From the NCBI RefSeq assembly GCF_009914755.1, contig NC_060928.1: a DNA stretch of 64,000 nucleotides. The stretch is one strand, 5' to 3'. Shown piece by piece: positions 54,344 to 64,000 of the stretch. Numbering within the stretch: the stretch's first letter is position 1; the number at the start of each line of letters is the position of its first letter. The notes beneath the pieces are model-generated. The model was given only the letters and a program-made list of their open reading frames with translations, searched no databases and had not been told where the DNA came from. The position numbers and the translations under genes were made by a program. The stretch is from the human T2T-CHM13v2.0 reference genome, Homo sapiens.

Positions 54344-57300
54344 TTCTCCCTGCCTGACTCCCTCTCTGTTTACTCTTACAGGGAAAACTGACCTAGAAGG
54401 AATGATCCACCACCCCCCTTTAAAAAAATAATTTTAATCTTTTTAGTGCCTGAGTCTTGAATCCTCTGTCACCTTAGGAGTGCCACTGCCACTCTGGTTT
54501 CGTCATCTCATGATGGGTTTTCTATTGGATTGAGTAAAGTAAAGCCTATTATAAAATGAAATTCATCTTTTTCCAACTTTCTCTTCCAGAATTCAGAAAA
54601 TTCTGTCCATGTTCCAAAACTGTGCATCAAAGCCAATTGATATCCTTTTGGGTCTTTGGATATCCCAAATGTCGATATTTCCATGTTTGTTGGGAAGTGG
54701 TTCTGCCTAACATATGGCAATATTCACCTTAGTGGGTGGGTGGATTTCTAAGCCTGTGGTCTGAGTCAGTCTATAGAATCAGCTTTGCATTTACTTTATT
54801 GTCAGCTCTCCAAGAGCCCAGTGACCTGTGACAGCTGAGTTATTGTGTTCTCTATGAAGGCTTCTTCTACCATAGGCCTTTATTGCTATTTTTCTTTGAG
54901 CCAACTCTTCTCAAAGCAATTTATCATCTATCTGCTGAAACTAGTACACCCCTCACATCATTTAATTTATATGTTCCCTATGCAGTAACTTCTAATACCC
55001 ATTTAATTATATTAAAGAATAGGAAGACATGGACTTTTAGCAAAATTTTATTCTAAATAATAAAATAGCTCATGTAAAATTACAAAAGAATGAGCATTTC
55101 AGCTCTAGCATTCAGAAAAGAGCTCTTACTCAACTGAACTGATCACCTGTATCTTAGCACATGCAGTTCTCTATTGCAGATACTTGTCCGCACTTTCCTC
55201 CACAGTTAGATAATCATCACACATATAGAAAGAGTTGTATTTTACACATTTTGTTCATCACTGTAGCACATGAAGTAATGCCACCTAGGCAAAGCTAAAT
55301 GTGTTATATAGATGGTGTCTATTTTATATTTTAAACTACTAATATATTAGAATGGTGTGAAAGATATTGAAATAATCTCTACTAACACTAAGTAGAATGA
55401 ATTGCTTTTTAAAAGATATTCTTAGTTGTCAAATATGAAAAGAGAAAGTGGTAAGTCAAGTAACATGCTTGTTTTAATTGTTTGTGATTTTTTAGTAGGA
55501 ACTTAAAGGCACATAACTCAATAAGCGTTTTTTTATTGATCAATGCCTTCAAGCAAATACATGGAGGCATGTTTATTTTCTCTCAACTGTTATTGTTATC
55601 AGAATATGAGTGTCATCTCCCCTGTATCAAGTATACTTTGGAGAACTGTATTTGATATCCTTAGGAGACTCGGTGTTTTTTTTCCTTTCAGGCTCTTGAG
55701 GTTAAAAACTCAGAAATTTGCCTTTGTGAGGGAGTACTTGAGTTTTAACATCACCATGAAGGATGAATTCAAAAGACAAGAATATCAGATGGTTCGTGGG
55801 TAGTGTTGAAGCTGGGCATGTTTCTAAATAATGGCATTTCAACTTTCTATGAATTAAATAGACAAAAACTATTTTGACACTGTCTCATTTTCTAACCTTC
55901 AACAAATACGGTCTGATTCTTAAAAAATAGACTCTCATTTCAGAATTCTGAGTATTGAGAACCATTACATATGGAGTAGGTGGAAATTTAATTGCCTTTT
56001 CTAGTAAATAATTAACTGTTGTTCTGATTAACCATGCTTACATACACCTTTTTTTCAAACAAGCAAATTCAACAAGAAATCACTTGTACCTCTGGATTCT
56101 CTATAGTTATATCAATCTACTCTGGTTAACAGCAGTCACAACAAATCACGTGAAAAGAAAGGTGAAATTGTGCTCAATGACAACATACAATTGTCTTTCA
56201 TGTGGTAATTGCATATTGTGTTTCTGTTGTTTATTCATCCTACATAAAGAAAGTCTCAACACTTCCAGTATGTAGCATAGTAACCAGCATAAAAAAAAGT
56301 GATAAATGTTGAATGAATATGCATAGAACAGTCCTAATTAAATCAAGATGAATGGATAGATGAACAAAGAGAATAAATGACCACAAGATATAGTAATATT
56401 GAAATATCCAAATTGTAAAGTAATGGGCATTTGCGTTTAACTCTTCCTAATATTGGACCAGGTGACAGTCTCCATCTTGAGATCTTTTTAGTAGGTTTCC
56501 ATTCTTTCCTACAATAAAAGTACTATGCATTTTTTTTGTCAATTCCAGTGTTCCTTGTTTAAAGGCTGTAGCTTTTTATCTTCACATGAAATTTTTCTTT
56601 TGTTTGTAAAAACAGGTTTTTCTTTTTCTGCGTTTCCTATTTATAGTAACCCATATTTAACTCTACCAAGAAATACTTTTAAGACTTCTTCAAACTGCAG
56701 TTAGTTTTACTGGGATTAGCATTGTTTTAACGAAAGCAATTAGCTAACTCTAATAAGATGTTAGTAATGATTTTAGATTTGCTCATCCACATTCTTTATG
56801 ATCAGTGATGCTAATGCATATACTCAAGAAGACATGTAGGGTATGTCTCACATGCATGACTCTGAAACCAATCTCTATGTAAATGTTAAAATTAGTTTAC
56901 AGTGTGATTGTGTCTTTGCAATTCAAAGGTTACCTGGATATCTCCAACTGGATTTATTGTACATTTTAAGTGAATTCTTTTTTGCTTTCTATCATAGACT
57001 AGAGATAAACTATGCAAAAGTTCATGCAGTCATAGGATCACTGATTTAAATAGGACCTGAGAGATCATGTGGATATATCTTCCTCGGTGCTGTTAATCAC
57101 CTCTGTGTGCACCTACTAAATCACTTATTGCAGAGTTCTGAACATTTATGTTAACACTAATGTCTGCTTTAACTATGGTCTCACCAGAACCAGGTATTAG
57201 GAATGTTCAGCTCTATATTTGTATTTTACATAGATATAGCTGTTATTGTTGTTGAGTGAAGCCCTTATTAATTACTTCATGTATATATATTATAGCTACC

Positions 57301-57540
57301 AGGGTGCTAAGAAAGGTGAGAAAAAAAGGTGGCTTTTAGTATTGTTCTTTTATGCTAAGTCAACCTTGACCCTAAGTTCCATGCTATGGTTTACTGATAA
57401 GGAAAAAATGCTTATCTAAAAAGCCAACTTTGATTGACTGGCCTATTGATCAAATTAACAAAAGTGCAAATGTATTGATTTGCTACTCCCTCTGTGATGA
57501 CATCCTATGGTTCATCTAACAACCCTCCTTTGGATATTTT

Positions 57541-57858
57541 CATGCCTGTAATCCCAGCACTTTGGGAGGCCAAGGCAGGCAGATCACGAGGTCAGGGGAT
57601 GGAGAACATCCTGGCTAACACGGTGAAACCCCATCTCTGCTAAAAAAATACAAAAAAATTAGTCAGGTGCGGTGGCAGACGCCTGTAGTCCAGCTATTCG
57701 GGAAGCTGAGGCAGGAGAATGGCATGAACCCAGGAGGCGGAGCTTGTAGTGAGCCGAGATCATGCCACTGCACTCCAGCCTGGGCCACAGAGCAAGACTC
57801 CGTCTCAAAAAATAAATAAATAAAAATAAATAAATAAAATAAAATAAAATAAAAAAAA
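57541..57858 (+). mobile_element. AluY lacking the first ~17 nt
   Basis: GATCACGAGGTCAGG, ATCCTGGCTAACACGGTG, GAATGGCATGAACCC, GGAGCTTG; (TAAA/TAAAA)n tail; no clear TSD. Confidence 0.93.
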
Positions 57859-58578
57859 GAATGTTACACTCTTCTCATCTGGGAAGGTTTCTCTACCCTC
57901 TTCATGTACAGATGAACCCCAGAGCAGCTATTTGTATGTGGCCTCTAAAAAAGCATCAATCATATGAATCGGCATCTATGTGTTTTCTTGTTTTCTTCAC
58001 TACTTGGGGCCTTTGAGACAAGAACATAGGCACAGTCTCCTTTTTATATATCGTGTGCAACAGAGTGACTGGACTATCATAGGCAATCTGTAGATGCCAA
58101 TAGAATTGAAACTTGTGTATTTCATTGAGCACAAGCAGATACTTCACTAGAAGTTATTGATGATGTACCTGGTACTCCCATAAGATCCCTGAGATGATCA
58201 GATAGATGTCCATAACCTTGGGCTATCTCCTCCCCTGGGCAATTTATAGACAGGAAAACATAAGCCGTCTCACATTTAAGATTGAATGTGACTCTATTAG
58301 TTCATAAAACAACTATGAGTTCAGGTTCCTTAATTATAAATTAGTTTTTCAGCATGTATTATTGTGATTATTAATACCAAGTTTTGTAAGGGGCTCAGTA
58401 ATTCTAACAAATTAAAGCATGAAGTGAAAAACAGATATAGAAAATCAGCTCTAAATATGCATAGGCTTTACCTGTCTCAGTGATTGCATGTATAAATACA
58501 CCACTTCCAAAATTGTGCCCCTGAAAAAGTATTTGAAATAGATCATTGACATATTTTTGGCTTAGTTTTTTTTTACAG

Positions 58579-58731
58579 CTGCAGTTAAAGTAGAATTATG
58601 AAAGCGATTAGCCTCAGGTCTGTCATCGTTCATCTTGAGCCTGGGATGGCAGAAGTTTGCAGATATTGTTGTACCATATCCAGCAATTTGCTCTAATGGA
58701 ATCTTGTGAAATCCTGTATGATGTTTGATAG
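58579..58731 (+). other. Candidate non-coding spliced exon (153 nt)
   Basis: TTTTTTTTTACAG acceptor and TAG|GTATGA donor; stops in all three frames. Confidence 0.28.
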
Positions 58732-58861
58732 GTATGAATTTAAGCTGTATCATCATGTAGTGTACAGGGATGAAAAGGAGTAGAAGCTGTGATCTACAAT
58801 TACTAGCATCATAAAACATGAGCATGACTAGATCTATGTCAATGAAGAAGATCATTTATAA

Positions 58862-59193
<332 letters not shown>

Positions 59194-59699
59194 AAGGGAT
59201 GCTCTATTTCTGGGAAACCAGAGTCATCATATTATTCATGGGTAATTTAATTGGTGAATAAATGATTCAACATAGATGCTGGTGCAATATATATTGGATT
59301 TACAAATAAACTAAAAATAAATGTAATTTGGGCATCAAAACAAAAACAAAATCACTATTAAATGGCTAGAGGGTAAAAATCGTTCTCAAATGGTGTCTCC
59401 AATTTGGAGGTATTTAAAGAGCCCAGTGATTTTGGGATGATTAGGGGTCTGGAATATCACGCTCACAAAATTCACATTTGTTGAATAAAATGTAAGAAAT
59501 AGAAAGTGTTATGTGCATGGACTTTATAATATTAAAGCATTAAATATTAACATGAAGCCATAATACCAAGATATTTTTTCTGCAAACAGAAACTCCTTTT
59601 TTATTTACCTAATAACCTTGTGTGCAAGTGTTCTCAGGAAGGATGGTTAGCGCTTTTGAAAGAGCATTCAATCTGCCTGCTATCTAAGCAGAAGCAAAT

Positions 59700-59890
59700 T
59701 GAGGGTATAGATCATAAAATCTTAGTCCTAAATGAGAGCTGAGAAATAATTTAGTCTGCACAGATGAGGGCCCTTGGGTCCAGAGCTGTTGAATGATTTA
59801 CATAAGTTCACATAATTGCCTAGTGACAGAGCTGGGATTAGAACCCTTGTCAGCTGACAAAGAATGCAGGGCTCTTTCTATGCTACCATT
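59700..59890 (-). mobile_element. MIR
   Basis: ACAGATGAGG...CCAGAG...AAGTTCACA...TAGTGACAGAGCTGGGATTAGAACCC...GGGCTCTTTC. Confidence 0.7.
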
Positions 59891-60338
59891 CCCTGTCACA
59901 GTTAGAAAATGACGACTAACACATCAGCATGACCTTGATGGCTTAAAATTCCCTTGGCAGAATATAACATGATTATTGAAATAAGAATCCAGAGGCTGCT
60001 CTAGCGATGCTTTTGCACATCCTGCCTTTGGGAATTTGCAGGTATCCTGGGCTGTTCTTAGGAGAGGAGAATATGAAGGGCCACTGGTGATCTTTGCCAA
60101 GCCCCTTAAGTACTTGGGAGGGAAATTATTTTAAGACATTAGTGGCTTTTGTGCTTTAACAATCTGTTCTATCAGCAGTATGAAGTATGTGAGCTCACGT
60201 CAGTTGGGTTGTTTCTGCTTCAGGAAACAGCAAGAGATTTTGAGGGAACCACTGTTGTTGATAATCCCAAGTTTTCAAATCTGCTTTCTTAAGGTAACTT
60301 TAGAGAGTTTGGAACAAGGCTTTAAATGACCAGCTCCT

Positions 60339-60647
60339 ACTAGAGTCTGAAAGTGTGCTGGTGAAATGATGAAGAGAGGTTGGTTAATGCATACAAATAC
60401 ATAGTTAGATAGAATGAATAAGTTTGATAGCACAGTAGGATGACTATAGTTAACAACAACGTATTGTGTTTTTCAAAATAGTTAGAAAAGATTTGAAATG
60501 TTCTCAACATAAAGGAATGATAAAGTTTAAGGTGATGAGTATCCTAAATACCCTGATTTGATTATTATACATTCTGTGCATTTATCGAAACATCACATGT
60601 ACCCCATATATGTGTACAAATATTGTCTATCAATTTAAAAAAAAAAA
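60339..60647 (+). mobile_element. L1MA (4/5-like) 3' end
   Basis: GAGAGGTTGGTTAATG...TAGTTAGATAGAATGAATAAG...TAAATACCCTGATTTGAT...CATCACATGTACCCCATA...poly-A; TSD AAA(T/A)GACCAGCT(C/T)CT. Confidence 0.9.
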
Positions 60648-61019
60648 GACCAGCTTCTTTAAATGGTTAAATCTAAAGGAGTATAAATATACTCCTTATA
60701 CTCCAGTATATGGCATCATAGTCATTCTAGAAGCCTTAGTGGGCTCCACTGCATCTTCAAGCTGTCCTCTCCAGATGTTGCTAAGAGAGGAGCTGCACTA
60801 AGTACCTGGTGGAAGGACCCTAGAGATTTACAGACTGTTCCAGGGAGTCACCCAGGTGCTAATGAAAGCAACATCTGGGCTTTGTCAAATTGGAACCAAA
60901 GCCAACATATCAACAAAAATTCTGGATTTATCTGAGGAGATATTGTTTTTCTGAAGTTTTGCTTTACATTTATTGGTCACCACAAATTGTGCTGCAGTTC
61001 TCCTTTTCTACTCTGTCTT

Positions 61020-62630
61020 ATGACAAGACTGGCAGCATTTTGTCCCTGCCCTAGATATCTGTGGAACTTTGAGCTTGAGAGAGGTGATTTAGGGTATCTG
61101 GCAGAAGAAATTTCTAAGTGGCAAAGCATTCAAGAGGAAGCAGAGCATAAAAGTTGGGAAAATTTAATTCCTGATGATGTGATAGAAAAGAAAATTCATT
61201 TTCTGGGGAGAAATTCAAGCCTGCTGCAGATATTCACATAAATAAAAAGGAACTAAATGATAATTGCCAACACAATGGGGGAAAGTCTCCAGGGCACGTC
61301 AGAGGTCTTCAAGCAGCCCCTCCCATCACAAGCCTGGAGGCCTAGGAGAAAAAAAAAAAATGGTTTCATGGGCTGGGCCCAGGGCCTTGCTGCTCTGTGT
61401 AGTTTTGGGACTTGGTGCCCTGCATCCCAGCCATGGCTAAAATGGAGCAATATACAACTCAGGGCATGGCTTTAGAGGGTGCAAGCCCCAAGCCTTGGCA
61501 GTTTCCATATGTTATTGAGCCTGCAGGTGCACAGAAGTCAATAATTGAGGTTTGGGGACTTCCACTTAGATTTCAGAGGATGCATGGAAACACCTGGATG
61601 TCCAAGCAGAACTTTGCTGCAGGGGTGTAGCCCTCATGGAGAACCTCTTTTAGGGCAGTGCAGAAGGGAAATGTGGGGTTGGAGGGCCCACAAAGAGTCC
61701 CCACTGGGGCATTGCCTAATGGAGCTGTGAGAAGAGGGCCACTGCCCTTCAGATGCCAGAAAGGTAGATTCATTGACAGCTTTCACCATATGCCTGGAAA
61801 AAGCCACAAACACTCAATGCCATGAATGCAGCTGGCAGGTGGAGTATAGCTTGCAAAGCCACAGTGATGGAGCTGCCCAATGCTGTGGGAGCCCATTTCT
61901 TGCATCAGCATGACCTGGATGTGAGACATGGAGTCAAAGGAGATTATTTTGGAATTTTAAGGTTTAATGACTGCCTTATTGGATTATGGATTTGCATGGG
62001 GCCTGTAGCTCCTTTGTTTTGGCCACCTTCTCCCATTTGGGACAGCTGTATTTACCCAATTCCTGTAACCCCAATGTCTCGATGGAGTAACTATCTTGAT
62101 TTTGACTTTACAGACTCATAGACAGAAGGGGCTTGCCTTGTCTCAGATGAGACTTTGGACTTGGACTTTTGGGTTAATGCTGGAATGAGTTAAGTCTTGG
62201 GGGGACTTTTGGCAAGGCATGATTGTGTTTATAAATGTGAGGACATAAGATTTGAAATGGACCAGGCTGTAATGATATGGTTTGGCTGTGTCCCCACCCA
62301 AATCTCTTCTTGAATTGTACTTCCCATTATCTCCACATGTTATGGGAGGGACCCAGTGGGAGATAATTGGATCATGGGGGCAGTTGTCCCCATGCTATTC
62401 TCTCGAAGGTAAGGTCTCACAAGATCTGATGGTTTTATAAGGGGCTTTCCTCTTCACTCAGTTCTCATTTTCTCTCTTGCCAACCTCTGAAGGGTTGCCT
62501 TCCACCACAATTGTAATATTCCTGAGGCCTCCCCAGCCATGCACAACTGTGGGTCAATTGAACCTCTTTTCTTTCTAAGTTACCCAATCTTCAGTATTTC
62601 TTCATAGCTGCATGAGAATGGACTAATACA
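61020..62630 (+). mobile_element. THE1C/D-type MaLR provirus lacking its 5' LTR (internal ~61020-62272, 3' LTR 62273-62630)
   Basis: Begins inside the internal region (AGACTGGCAGCATTTTGTCCCTGCCCTAGA); LTR TGATATGGTTTGGCTGTGTCCCCACCC...GACTAATACA. Confidence 0.92.
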
Positions 62631-62649
62631 ACTGTGATTGAGATCATTT

Positions 62650-62888
62650 TCTGCAATATATGACTGTTGAGCCCGCTCTATGCTGGGGAACTTAGAACGT
62701 ATGCAATCTCATTAAATCATCTCAATGGCCTTGAGAAGTGCCTGTCAATATCCCTGCTTTGAGAATAAGAAAGAGAGACTCAGAAGTGAAGTGACTTGTC
62801 TGAATTCTTTCTGGCAGAATGTGCAGGTTTGGGATACAAAACAGATCAGTCTCAATCCAAAGTTCATGCTCTTTCTACTGTACCATGT
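62650..62888 (-). mobile_element. MIR
   Basis: ATCTCATTAAATCATCTCAA...GACTCAGAAGTGAAGTGACTTGTC...TCCAAAGTTCATGCTCTTTCTACTGTACCA. Confidence 0.75.
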
Positions 62889-63743
62889 GGTCTGTTTTAT
62901 TCTTGTTCTTTTCTTCTACATCTCTCTGAGAAGACTGAATTACAATTTCATGAAATTCTTTGGGGATAAGGGTCTTTTAGATGGAATTCTTACTCAATTA
63001 CAAGAACACAGACACAATATTCAAGATAGAGGGATTTAAGCTAAGGGACAGTTGATAATTTGTTGTCTTCATATTTCTCAGAATTGTAGTTTCAAATACA
63101 GAAAGAATAATTACATAATCTGAAAATAATAAGACAACATACTTAACTTGCTGCTAGAGCTATATATCATGGAATATCAAATATTAGACAGGACATTTAA
63201 GCAAGACAGTATCAGGGGTACTTTGCCTTGCTCCTTTATACATGTAGTTGCTATGGTTACAAGAGATACTGAATTGTGTGGAGCCTGAAGAAGCTACTCT
63301 AATACTTTGTTTGACATTGGTGAATATTTCTCTCTCTGAGATGTAGCAGGTGGAAGAGTGACAATGTTTTGTGGTCATAAACATAAATTGCCAAAAAAGT
63401 CTCCCAAAATTATTTTGTTTGGTGAAATATCATTTCCTTTACTTTTTTCTTTTATGTTACCCTACAATACAAGCAAAATGTAGCTATGAAGGCAGAGGAA
63501 GGTTCCGGAAAACTGAGAGAGTGTTACTCTCAAGAGCACAAATATAGCAGGGTTGAGGCCAATGACCTACTTACACCCACAAAGCACTTTCTCTAAACTT
63601 GAGGCCATTTCTCTCCCTAAATAGAACCAATAATTAAAATAGTGAGTGTTTCACTCAGGTGCACTAATTGAGTCTGAAGCTGGATTTCATAAGTAAGCTT
63701 TTGTTGTTAAAGAATACAGCTATTTATCTATCTATATATCCTT

Positions 63744-63988
63744 TAACAAATGTATAAATTATATTTAATTATATATTATATATTTAATTATTTATATTTA
63801 TATATAATTATATGTTATATATATTGGGGATCATGGGGGCAGTTGTCCCCATGCTATTCTCTTGAAGGTAAGGTCTCACAAGCTCTGATGGTTTTATAAG
63901 GGGCTATATATATAATTATATATATAATTAAATATAACATAATTATATATAATTATATTATATAATTAAATATAATATATATTTGTTA
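63744..63988. repeat. Imperfect AT-rich inverted repeat with an LTR-derived spacer (63823-63905)
   Basis: TAACAAAT (63744) pairs with ATTTGTTA (63981); ATTATATTTAATTATATA (63758-75) is the exact reverse complement of 63959-76; the central ~83 bp copies 62366-62446. Confidence 0.88.
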
Positions 63989-64000
63989 TATTTCTATCTC

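Overview
AT-rich, CpG-poor, gene-poor primate genomic DNA. It is most likely human, because it carries a near-consensus AluY with the Yc1-type G148A change. I can support no protein-coding gene, RNA gene or CRISPR array. The supplied ORFs are mostly Alu-, MaLR-, L1- or microsatellite-derived, and the rest are short chance frames. The window is dominated by interspersed repeats: 9 Alus (J, S, Y), old L1 fragments, L2/MIR, hAT MITEs (MER5, MER20, MER63), many ERVL-MaLR LTRs, two full-length and one 5'-truncated THE1/MST provirus, and two ERV1 solo LTRs (LTR10C-like, MER57A-like). All subfamily names are recognised by eye from remembered consensus sequences and need RepeatMasker/Dfam confirmation. 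I found no demonstrable new biological system. The best leads are: (1) an ~81-bp copy of one specific THE1 LTR segment pasted into the centre of an AT-rich palindrome 1.46 kb downstream; (2) a candidate ancient L1 3' transduction carrying an MSTB fragment; (3) a chain of strong + strand, mostly non-coding splice signals, some downstream of a + strand LTR promoter cluster, with one candidate exon bracketed by inverted AluYs and one acceptor preceded by a UG repeat; (4) several local rearrangement scars (inversion inside an L1, a 100-bp tandem duplication, a template-switch duplication).
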